NCBI GenBank assembly: GCA_040285855.1 | Contig: JAUFOQ010000017.1 | Location: forward strand, 1,364,001-1,428,000 | Source of the DNA: Eukaryota sp. GEM-RC1 | Lineage: Eukaryota | DNA length: 64,000 nt | Direction of reading: 5' to 3' | Part shown: positions 26,001-37,499 of the stretch, piece by piece | How positions within the stretch are numbered: the first letter of the stretch is position 1 | Layout of the letters: every line of letters begins with the position of its first letter | The notes under the pieces: generated by a model | The model's database searches: none | What the model was told of the DNA's origin: nothing | What the model saw: only the letters and a program-made list of their open reading frames with translations | Position numbers and translations under genes: made by a program

Positions 26001-28907
26001 TACCACACCCGACGGAAAATTCAGCTCCCCGGTAGTACTTGTGGTCTACTCCGTCGTAAGCCTAGACTTACTGGTGACTTCAGTGGCACTGGAGGAGTCA
26101 ACAAACTTACTAAATCTGTCCAACCGAATCTACCGAGAATCGCAGACATACAGGAATTCCTGAGTGACGCTAACTACATAGCCACTCTCAACTTGCCAAA
26201 AGCATTTTGGCAACTGAATCTCGCGGATCACGAACGCGACAAGACAACTCTAGTCATCCATGGCCTAGCCATTCGATTCAAACGAGCGTGTGTTGGCTTG
26301 AAGAACGTACCAGCAATCTTTCAAAACTTAATGATGGATATTTTCGACCACGAAGGAATATTCATCTACAGTAGACTCTCTCTAATTGCAACCCCTGTAA
26401 TTAAAAACATCGATGACATCATAATAGTCGTCAAAACTTTTGATGAATTCTTATCTAGAATAAAATTCGTTTTTGAGAGAGCTCAACTTTATAGAGTCAA
26501 CCTTGGCTTACACAAGTGCAAGTTCATAACAAAAAATCATCCCATAACTATCTTAGGTTGCGAATACATCGGCAACACTCGTCGAATCGATTCAAAACGT
26601 GTAGAAGCTCTGGTAAACATAACAACACCGACCACCATCAAAGAAGTTCGAAGTTTCATCGGCTCTATCAACTACATCAAAAATTTCATAGCAGATGCGT
26701 CTGACCTACTAGCTCCCATAATAGCCTTAGTAAAGAACACAGCACGAACAGTTCATTGGACACCTCAACTTCAATCAAATTTTGATGAAATCAAAAGAGG
26801 ATAATCAACCACATGCCACTATGTCTACCAGACAAAGATAGACGCATACTGATCAGCGCAGATGCCAGCGAAATCGCCGTAGGTGGTGTCGTCTGGCTAG
26901 AATGCACCCTCATTCACCTGAGGGCACTCCAATGAACGATCGCAAAGTAGAACCACTAGCATTCTACAGCAAACTACTCACTGACTCTCAACAGAACTGG
27001 GCCACAATCCAAAAGGAATTGTACGCCATTCTCCTAATTCTAACAGAATCCCAACTGTCATCATACCTTATCAGCAGGGAACTAACAATCTTCACAGATC
27101 ATAAAAACCTCGCTTATTTAATCTCAGCACCCGAGAAGAACTGGCTGGTCAAACGATGGATCCCTATTCTCGGCCAATACCTATTCACTATAGTCCACAC
27201 CAGTGGCGAAGACAACCATTGGGCTGACATGATGTCACGCAATGTTATCAAAGACGCACCAACCGAGTCTATAAAAAACATAGTCACATATTACCCAGAA
27301 CATTTGTTCTCTATAACCGATAGCCGATGTCCTACTGATGAGGATACGGAATATCAAACTTTATCAACAGAGTCAATCAACATGATCGACGATGCTCTGA
27401 TCAACAAATCGAAGTTATTCGACGCTTGACTCTCGAAAGTACGCTCTACACAAGTAGAAGCCAGCTATACATGAATAGCAACAACAAGATCTTGATACCA
27501 AGTGCCTTGCTGAACACCACCTTGAACCACCTACACGGTTTTCCACATGCAGGTCACCCCAGTACTAAAGATAGCATTGATCGGCTAAAATCTAATGACT
27601 ACTTTTGGCCCAACATGATCAAAGACATGAAAACTCACTGCAGGCAATGTCCAGCTTGTCAAAAGACAGCTGCCCTTGCCAAAACAACTATCAAATCTTC
27701 AGATAATTTATGGTCCGACAAACCATTTGCAAAGATGAACGTCGATACCATTGGTCCACTCCCCACTGACACATCGGGAAACGTTTACCTACTAGTGTTC
27801 ATAGATTCATTCACCGGATTCATTATTCTATGTCCACTAAAAGAACTGAATGCTCACGAGACAGCACATTTGTTAGTGTGTAACGTTTGCGCCATCTTCG
27901 GCATTCCAGACCTCATTCACAGTGACAATGGCAAAGAATTTGCTAATCACGTCTTCAATGATGTATGCAATCAATTTGACATTACAACCAATAAATCGAT
28001 ATCTAGTTTCTTCCCTAGCAACGATTGAGTTGAACGTCGACACAGACACATCCTACAAGCTTTACGAAAGATGCTCATAGACTTCAATGACTATGACAAC
28101 TGGAGTAAATATATTCCACTAGTACAACTGCTAGTAAATACTACAAAGAGTAGTGTAACTGGCTTTACACCGTACAAATGGATGTTTGGATCTAACACCA
28201 AACCTGGTAGTGACCCAAGTAAAATCATTTCTTGTCTCACACAGAACAAGACATCAGAAGATTCGTTTCTAGCTGATTACCAATCAAAATTAACAAGAAT
28301 TTTGAAAAAACGGGAAGAAGCAGAAACCACCCAATCATATATCAAATCTTCCATTACTACGGTTGATACGCCCTCGCTATTTGCTATCGGTGATCTAGTA
28401 CTAAGAAGTAACAAAGCAGCTAAGAAGCTTCATGGCAAACAAGAGACCGTACCTCGTCATCGACATCCCTTCCAAAAGCTCACTTGAACTGCAGAACTTT
28501 GTCACCGGACATCGTTTCCGCTCCAGCATCATCTATGCACCAAGTACCTTTTTCACAAACCCTCCTCCTACGAGTTCCACAAAGCAGTAGCCTCTTGTGA
28601 CTCTGAAGAGATGGTGATCATCGAGATCCTTGATCAACGTGATTCACCTACAGGTCCCATATGTTCCGTCGTATGGTTTGACGGCGACACTACTGAGGAA
28701 CCTCTGAGTCTGGTTAGGAACACCAAAGGTTACTCGAGTTTTATTAAATTAAATCCTCACGCCAAACCCAAATCTACATGTAAACCTAAAAGTAAACCTA
28801 GAAGTAGTCGTAATCGTAACTCAAACTCTAGTAAAACTCATGATTCCGTCATTCTTACTACTCCACCTGCTAAGAGGACTAGGTCCTCGAAGAAGGGGAA
28901 GAAGTAA
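23013..28907 (+). pseudogene. gag-pol pseudogene of element B
   Basis: WDSGAS, PKAFWQ, interrupted YIDD, IQKELYAI, CPACQK, VDTIG, HSDNG; several stops, frameshifts and a deletion between PR and RT. Confidence 0.92.
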
Positions 28908-28985
28908 TGTTAGTGTCATGACTCATCAGAACCTATTTGTATAATAAATTCAGTTTTCACTCTTACATGGTACCACAGACCAACA
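28908..28985 (+). repeat. 3' LTR of element B (78 bp)
   Basis: Direct repeat of 22954-23031; abuts the pol stop TAA. Confidence 0.96.
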
Positions 28986-31489
28986 TAAAAACAATATGAT
29001 TCGACCAAAAGTTGAAATCAAATTTCTTGTTCATTCTTTTGTTGACCACTTTCTCAAAATCAGAGAGAAAACAAAGAGCATCTCTTCCAAGTCGACCATA
29101 AATTGAAATTGCAAAAGAACATAATTTGTACTCAACTTGTCTAACGTGTTTGAGAGCAGTCAATTGTTCATCATATTTGTTTCTTTTGTATTGTTCTGAA
29201 GAATTCAGTGGAGAAACTTCTTTTTAACTTCCTTGAAAGCACTTTTCTTTCAATCATCCACCGTAATCACATCAACAACGGTTAGTTCATCATTGACTGA
29301 TGGAACTATAAACATCGGCTCTTCTTTTACCAAAAGTCTTATCAGAATCACTATTTGTTAAATTATTGATTTCCAGTGATCTCAACAGTGGCTCAACAAA
29401 AGATTCGATTTTGTAGGACTTACACATGGCATGAACTTGATCTCTGACAGCATCATGAATACAAGTTCTATAAGTGATGAAACGATTACAACTCAAAAGG
29501 TGAGAAAAAGTAACTAATTTACCACAGTTACATTGAAGATCATTGGGATTTGGTCCACCATTTAGACGAAGTGAATCCAATACCATCAATATGAGGCTCT
29601 GAGAAGATGTGATTTTTCAAAGCAGTAGGATCCACTGATAACAAAAAATGCAAGAAAGTCGGTACGAATTTTGTTAAGCTTCTAAAGAAGTTATAGGTAA
29701 GTACAGGGGGTAGAGAGCGAAGCAGATGGGTAACTTTTCCTGAATAACAGATGTTTAGCATGAAGAATTTGAGATGTCTTTCCAATTGCAATTCCTTAAT
29801 TTGATTCAATTCTTTTCGCATAGAATCCAAATATACTTTCAGATCTTTAACAATGTTATCATGTGAACCAAGATATCAACCAAGAAATCTAAAGCTTGAA
29901 GATAAGTATTTCACAAAGGGAACCTCTAAAGAATTAACCATTAAAGTTACAGGTGCCTTGGCAATCAAAAAACATTTTTGCACATTTAATTGAAGTCCAA
30001 TTACATCGTACAAATCAGCAGCCTGATTCGCAATAATACGAAGAGTTGACATAGGAGCAATAAAAGAAATGTCATCCATATAAGCTACAATTTCTAAGTC
30101 TGCATGTTCATCTTTGAGTTTTATCAGGATTGGATGAATAGCCAAACAAAAAAAGAAGGGACCAAAAGGGTCTTCTTGTTTAACACCAAAAACATAATTC
30201 AGAACAAATGAATTAAAACCTAAGTCAGAAGAGTGACCATAAAAACAATGAAAAAGTACGTAATTCTGGAAAACTCTTTTCCAATTCAGAACAAATGGCA
30301 GATTGTTTTACAGAATTATATATATTATAGTAATATGTTTACTGATATTAACTATTGTTCACGACGAAAGAAAATCTATCTGTATTGTCAAATTTGGCAA
30401 TAAATAAATGTATGAATTGTTAAAATTTCTACGTAATCTGATAACTTCGTATTTTGTCGACTTTTCATAAAATCTCCTACATTTTCCAAGCAAGTCAGCG
30501 GTCAGTATTAAGAATTTTGCGAAACAGTATCTAACTGAGCGTAGAGTTGTACATCAATGAACGTTGTTTATTAATTCAGACTTGATGAATGTAGTCTTGT
30601 GCAAAGGGTACCAGCATTCGACTTACTATGATTGAACAGTCTTTCGGCTTGATTAAATGTACCTGTCTGGAAAGGCAGACCAATGAAGTTAATTCAAATG
30701 TTCAGCTAAAGATCACTGACTGATCAACTCTGTTAAACTGCAAAAAGTTCTTCAATGAATGTTTATTAATTTCGGACAACAGTTTTTCATTGCCACTTAG
30801 ACTTTTAGCTACAGCAGTTTGAAAGCCAAACAGTGGAAAATTTGGCAGACACAAAAAAGTATAGTCATCAGTTTAATCGAGTGGTCGACAAAGCGGGTCG
30901 CTTTTTGTCTCCATTACAGTTTGTGATTAGTACAAACGATGCAGCTTAAGTTGCTGCCTTATCATCAGATTTGTTTTTGAAATCACATGATGATACTTTC
31001 ATTTGTAATCTTGATCTCAAAAAATCGGCTTAATTCAGTTAGTCGTAAGTCTTTTTTTGCTACTATTGAAAAAGACTTTCCTGAGTTCACGTCCAACCTT
31101 TTGTTATATTATGGAAAACCAAGCGATTCAATTGATTAAAATAGGACGATAAGAACAAAAACAGACTGATAATAGAACACACAAAAACAGTTCTTTACAC
31201 ATCAATGGAACTCAGATCAAACACATCCAACAATAACAGCAGAAGTGGCATCCTGATAGCGATTATTTTTGAAATGAGATGGATTGATGAAGTGTAGGTT
31301 TAGTTTTCAATAAAGAATATTTATCTACAAGTCTATAAACAAGTCATAGAGTCCCTGCATCGAAGAAGTTCAAATACATATACATGTAGTTAAAATCTGT
31401 ATGGCAAAAACCGAAAATGCCATACGCGTATGGGCGTATGGACGTATGGGGGTCCATGCGTGTATGGCAAACAATGGCGCAACACTGGA

Positions 31490-31640
31490 ACAAAGACAAC
31501 ATCAAACGGTTATGTCAAATTGATAAGTCAAATCTCCTAATCTGAGACTTACACATAGATCCAAAATCAGTGAAAAACTTAGAAGCCATTTCACCAATAT
31601 TACCAAAAATAGAAATAACAAATGGAACAAATACAAATGA
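31490..31640 (-). mobile_element. CRE-like RLE fragment
   Basis: Near-identical to 47490-47640 (FVPFAISIFG..ASKF motif region). Confidence 0.75.
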
Positions 31641-31943
31641 ACCATTTTTTATTAGTGCTTAAAAGTTGTTTTAAGAGGAACAATTCCTCCTCATCATCAT
31701 GGGATTTGTTCTTTGGGTTACATCACTGACAACTCCTCCAACTCTTGTTTTGGCTGTTCTACACATCATGCACATCCGACGATGAAATTCTACTTGGTAT
31801 TCTGCAGTGTGAAAGTGTTGTGGCTCCTTGTGATTGCAGTACAATTATCACTGAGATATTAACGTTGATTTCACTGCTGTCGCACAAAAAAAATTTTCGT
31901 GTTTGTGTTGTGTGTATTTATTGATTTTGTATATTCAATTGTA

Positions 31944-34900
31944 TATTAAAAAAACGGGGTTTATGATCAATCAGTGAAAAAATGAGGTCGCATCTAAAAA
32001 AATTTTTGTCTATCAGTTTTTATTGACAACAATAATACAGTTCTTTTTTCCTTCTTTCATGACTGCCATCCTTGGCAAACCTAAAAAGCCCCCTCCGACA
32101 TCACATACTGTCACTTGTATGCGGAAACCCCGTCAATGTAGTGTTTGTTCTTCTTTCGAACACGATAAAAGAAACTGTCCAAAGCGTCTTGTTGCTGACG
32201 ATTTAGCTGTTGATGTCAGTCGTGTTTCCACAGTAACCTGTGATGATGCTCCTTTGTTTAGCACTGCTCTGCCATCGTCTGTTCCTCATAGCGAAGCTTC
32301 TTCATCTTGTAACTCTCGTAAGTGTCTGTTTTGCCTTTCTGTAATTGATACTTTAAACTCATCTGTTAGGCCTCTCTTGTGCTGCCCGTCTTGTACACCT
32401 GTTGATGTTGCACGTCCTCCTTTTGCAATTCCAATGACCATAAATCCTGTCTTTGGTTCTTCTTTGGCTGTTGCTGTCCGTTAGATCACTTTTAATCTTT
32501 GTAAGGGTATTTGGAATCCTGCTTCCCTTTGGCGTTTCTTTCTACCTCATCAGAAAAGAAAAGTTCAAGAAAGCGAATGTCATCTTCTCAGAGTTCTAAG
32601 CGTAATTTGTTTCGTTCTCTAGTCTTTCGAGGTCAGTTTTCCTCAGCCGTTGCTGTTTTGGATGGTGCAGAATGAGCCAATAACACATCAGATATAGAGG
32701 ATACTGTTCAAAAGCTACAAAATCTTCATCCTTTTGAAGAATCTTTACCTTCTTTTAGTAACTCTCAGTCATACTGGACTGATCATCCCATTACTCCTTC
32801 TGATGTTATGAAAGCTATTTCTAATGCTAAGAGTGGTAAAGCAGCTGGACCATCGGGTCTTAATTTTGACCATCTTAAAATTGCTGTTACACATGCTCCT
32901 GATGTTGCTGAAGACCTCGCATACTTTTTCAATTTGATTTGTTCACAACCACACAAATTTCCTCTTGCGTTGAAAAATAGTCGTTTAGTAGTTTTATCTA
33001 AACCGTGTAATGGTGTTCGACCAATTGCAATTGGCGAATGTGTGAGGAGATTATTTTCTTCTATTTGTTTTGATAGGGTGAAAAGTAAGGCTGTGGAATA
33101 TTTCAGACCTTTTCAGTTTTGCATTGGAATTGTAGATGGTACAATAAGTGCTAGTTTAATGACTGACATCTTTTTAAATTCAAATGCAGAAAATTATGTA
33201 TTGAACGTTGATTACAAAAATGCGTTCAATTGTGTTTATCGGTCACAGATTCACTTGGAACTGTTAGATCATTTTCCTGAATTACTGTCCTATTTTGAAA
33301 TTATGTATGGTCATTCATCTGCATTAATTTTTCACGAACATACAATTTCATCCACTCGTGGTGTGAAACAAGGTGATCCTTTGGGTCCTTTTTCTTTTCT
33401 GTTTGCCGTTGCAAAGAATTCTTCGCAAGTTCTCAAGCGAATTCCCAGGATTAAGGTTGAACTCGTATGCTGATGATACCTCTTCGGTTGGCCCTTTGTA
33501 AGTCATTAAATCGAGTTTTCCTCATTTTGTTGAATTGTCTTCAAGTATTGGTTTGTCAATTAATTTTCAAAAATGTCTTGTCATTGAACGTTCTTCAGTT
33601 TATTTGAATTTTGGGGAATCTTCCATTCCGTTTGTCAATTATTCAGATGAATGTGTCAAGTTTTTGGGCAATTATATTGGTATTGATGACAAAATTAAGG
33701 AGACTTTATCACATAAGAATGATTGTATCTTTCAGCAGCTTAACCAAATCGTTGATCTAGATGTAGGCAAACAAGTGTCTTTTGCTATGCTGCAAGTTTG
33801 TTTTGGTGGTAAAATTAATCACTTTTTACGTGGTTTACCGCCTGAACTAACTCTCGAATTATCTCGTAATTATAATTCATTGCGCACAAATTTTGTTAGT
33901 TATCTGGTTGGTAACAAAGACTCTTCACTTCCTTCTCATTGTTTCACTTCTACTTCTTTTGGTGGTATTGCTTTCACGAAAGCTAAGTACATGCGTGAAG
34001 GTGCCTTTTTGGGGGGTCTTTAAAGAATTTTTTGTTTGAATTTCAGAATCGTTATCCTGTGTTATGGAAAACGAAAGATTTTTTACTTCACTCACCTTGT
34101 GCATGGTTAATTAGTCTTCAAAATTTAATTGATAGTCTTGACTCCAATTTGTGGTCAGAGTTATTTCCTGTTGGGGTAACAGAAATTCAGCAGTGAAGCA
34201 TTTTCTCTTTGCCTTTGTGTGTTCGCAAGTTACAGAAGAAGTTTGTTATGTTTCACGAAAGCGTGGACTTTAAAAACCGTTTTAGCTTGGCTAAGACTAA
34301 GTGTTCCGCTTTTTGTGCATTTTTGAATGATATTTCTTCAAGTGCTGCGTCTTCATTTGTTTCTCGTTTGCCAAGAAAATTTTGTTTTAATCTTAAGGAT
34401 CATGAATGGCTTATAAACATAAGACTTAGGTTAGTTTTATGGCCTTCAGGTCTTTTGAAGCATTCTCCATGTCTTTGTGGTCGTTCAAAGGCTTCAAATT
34501 TTCATCATTGAGTTAACTGCCATCAATTTATTCATTTTCGATCAATAATCCACAACAGTATCCGGGATACATGTTTAAATATGTTTAAGGCTAATGGTTT
34601 TCATGGAAAAATTGAATCTTTACTTGCTAATCTTTCTGATCAGCCAAAAGTTGATAGAAGTCGTGGTGATTTGATTGGTCCTTGGTAATCTTGTCAGGAA
34701 ATTATTATGGATTTCACGACTGTTGATCCTTGTAATTCAAGATCAATTTCCAAAATTTTTGATGATGATTTTTCTGCTCTTGAAGTGGCTGAAAAAGGAA
34801 AAAATAAAAAGTACTGTCACTTAATTAACCAATTGCAATTGAATGTTGACAGGTACAATTCTTTTGTGTTTCAACCTTTTGCGATGTCGATATACGGTAA

Positions 34901-35172
34901 TATTGGACCAGCTACACAAGGTTTTTTAACTTCCTTTGGTAAATTGTGTTCTGAGTATGGTAAAGCTTTCAATGAAAATTTTTGGTTGAGTAGGTTAACG
35001 TTTGCGTTGTTTCGTTCAATGCACAGATATTTTAATTCAATTTTAGGTAAGTTGTTCGGTGATGGACAGAAGGATCATAGTTTAGATACTTTAGTTAGTG
35101 TCTGTTAGTTATTAATTTCTGCAAATGCATTTATTTCACTGACTGATCATAAACCCCGTTGTTTTTTCAATA
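31944..35172 (+). mobile_element. Near full-length CRE-like non-LTR retrotransposon (degraded ORF 32059-35108) bounded by inverted repeats
   Basis: N-terminal CSVCSSFEHDKRNC; RT motifs GKAAGPSGL, GVRPIAIGE, DYKNAFN, GVKQGDPLGP, YADD; CLCG..H..C..HNSIRD; RLE motifs RGD, DFTTVD, AEKGKNKKY, PFAMSIYG; contains in-frame stops. Confidence 0.92.
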
Positions 35173-35345
35173 CAGAGTACATACATCTAAAAATCAATAT
35201 CCTCAAAGACCAGATTGCCTATCTCGAAATTCTCACCTACCTTATCCTCATAATGTCTGCCAAGAGCTAATAGAGCGCTAGATACAGAAGTCACCATACC
35301 TTTAAAGATAGCCAACACAATTCGACCTTTCCAAACTCTAAGATC
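35171..35345 (-). mobile_element. CRE-like 3' fragment
   Basis: Near-identical to 63541-63715. Confidence 0.85.
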
Positions 35346-35635
35346 ATCTAAATTAGTACATACTAATTCAGAAAATGAACGAAACCAAATTCTCCACATC
35401 AACACGAGAATTGTCCCTATACCACTTCGAATAAATGGAACATAAATATTTGGGAATGCTTCTATAAAGAGCGAACATAATTCGATTAATCCATACAGCA
35501 CTATTAAACACCTTGCCATTAGAACGACAAAAGACTAAAATCACTGAAAAACTTTAATCCGGAAAATATTATTAATATTATTAATTTTTAAAAGCGAAAA
35601 CTAAAAAGTTAATATAGTGTTATATATGAGCGATG

Positions 35636-36000
35636 TTTATTCGGCACCCAATAAGGTAACCTTTCTACAAACTATGAAATTGTAAAAACAAACAAATAAT
35701 ACTAAGATTAAATCCAAACGACTTCATCACCACCCGGTAAAAGATTACGTTTATCTACATGAACCTTCACACCAAACTTGTACAATTTCTCAATTAATCT
35801 AGAGAAATAGAAAGGCATATTCCGATATATGGAAAACACTATACGGTTTTTCCATTCAGCCATTCTAAACTTACGCTTCTTTTCTTTACACAATTCTTCG
35901 AAATCCTTGAAAAATTGATCACCAGCAGGACTAATAGATCCAAAAAGAGAAACAGCAAAGGTTGAAACACAAATTTGGAAAAATTTGTTATATATTGGTT
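35636..36000 (-). mobile_element. CRE-like 3' fragment (another family)
   Basis: Reverse-complement match to 47810-48155; WKNRIVFSIYR motif. Confidence 0.8.
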
Positions 36001-37499
36001 CAAATGATGTTGCATTGTTATATATTAATTCAAATGATGTTGCAATGTTTGATATTGATCCAATGTTTCCTGTATGGATATTATTATCGTCTCCACTAAT
36101 AGTAGTAGAACATGGAAATTACAAAAGTTATTTAATTAGTTCATAATGCACAAGTTGAAACGACTGTCTACATCTAATGCTCCTAATAACTCCTCATCCA
36201 CTTCTACTGGTTCCTTGTTCAGTACATCTCTCAACAACGTTTCAGTAAAAAAGTGTTGATTGTACATTAGGAAGAGCTGCAACTCAAGTGAATCACAAGA
36301 CATACCATGACGAAGATACCCTTAAAGTAGCCGAGCTCGAGAAGAAAGTCTTAGGCTTTCACGGCTCTGTTGTTTGGCTTCAGACCATGTTCTTTGGCTC
36401 CAGCGTCCCCCCTATTTCAACAACTTCTTCAACCACCACTTCAGCTTCTTCATCCTCTTCAACCTCTTCAACATTATCGTGGTTGAACTTTAACAACGAA
36501 GTTTCTTCAAGATGAGACAAGGAAGTTTCTGATAATACTTTGACAACAGCAGATTCAAACTGGGGGGAGTGTTTGATTGACACTTTGTGTTTGTGTTTCT
36601 ACTACTAATATATTTAACATCGTATTTGTCAGATTTTATAGCTGCAACGTGGTATTGTGGTATTTGTTATGTGGTCTTGAGTGAAAAGCGCTTATTCACT
36701 TATATTAATTGGCCAATGTTTCTATGTTTTAACTTGAACCAATCAGTGTTTCATTCCAATGTATTCAAATGATTGTATTGGCAATTCAATTTTTCCAGGC
36801 CCTGCATCAGTAGAATATATCCCAATGGAATACGGTAAATGATAGGAGAAAGAATATGTGTGTCGACTGTCGTGGTATTGGTTGTTTATTTCTTCCAAAA
36901 AGTCGTTTTGAAGAAAGCTCATGTATTAAATCGCCATTGAAATGTTCCAAATGAAGAGATGTTATAAAATTAACGATTATGCTTAGTTTGAAAACTGTAG
37001 TACATACTTATTTTTCAAGTAAATATCGAACAAGTTTTAGAGCTAAATACCACCAAAAATTGCAGCATAAAAGTAGAAATCCCCAATCTGATCATTCCAA
37101 ATGCCTCAACCTTGAAAATGAGAATAACAGAAGAATCAAAAACCAATAATAACCGGCTGGAAGAATACTAACGATGACTGTTTCTCGGACAGATTGTTGT
37201 TATACAGATACTCTACTCAACAAGATGAAAGTTGGTTAGCAAAAACGTAACCATTATACACCGCAAAAAAGAACCAACTGAACATGATAAGGATTATCAA
37301 AAGGATTCATCATTTTTTGTGGTAAACTACTGCCGTAGTACACGGGCAGTAATTAGTCTCAGTGAGACTAATTACTGCTGCTGGTGTCGTTTAAGGTGAC
37401 AAATTTGTTGGCAGTTGTTACACCGAAAATGAAGACAAAAAATTAAATTTACTGAAAATAACTTCAAAAACCAAGTATAATACATAACGCTATAAATAT

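Larger units (their letters stand above)
22954..28985 (+). mobile_element. Ty3/gypsy LTR retrotransposon B, degraded, related to A
   Basis: 78-bp LTRs with 3 mismatches (TG...CA), 4-bp TSD TAAA, fragmented gag/PR/RT/RH/IN/chromo homologous to element A. Confidence 0.96.
22825..30316 (-). mobile_element. 5'-truncated CRE-like RT-RLE element split by gypsy element B
   Basis: YMDD, CNCG..HLLSC..HDAVRD, RRADV and FAISIYG motifs in 28986-30316; the ORF resumes across the insertion as IVF|TIFKTIPVMISKALLALS...FNDIEF* ending at 22825. Confidence 0.9.
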
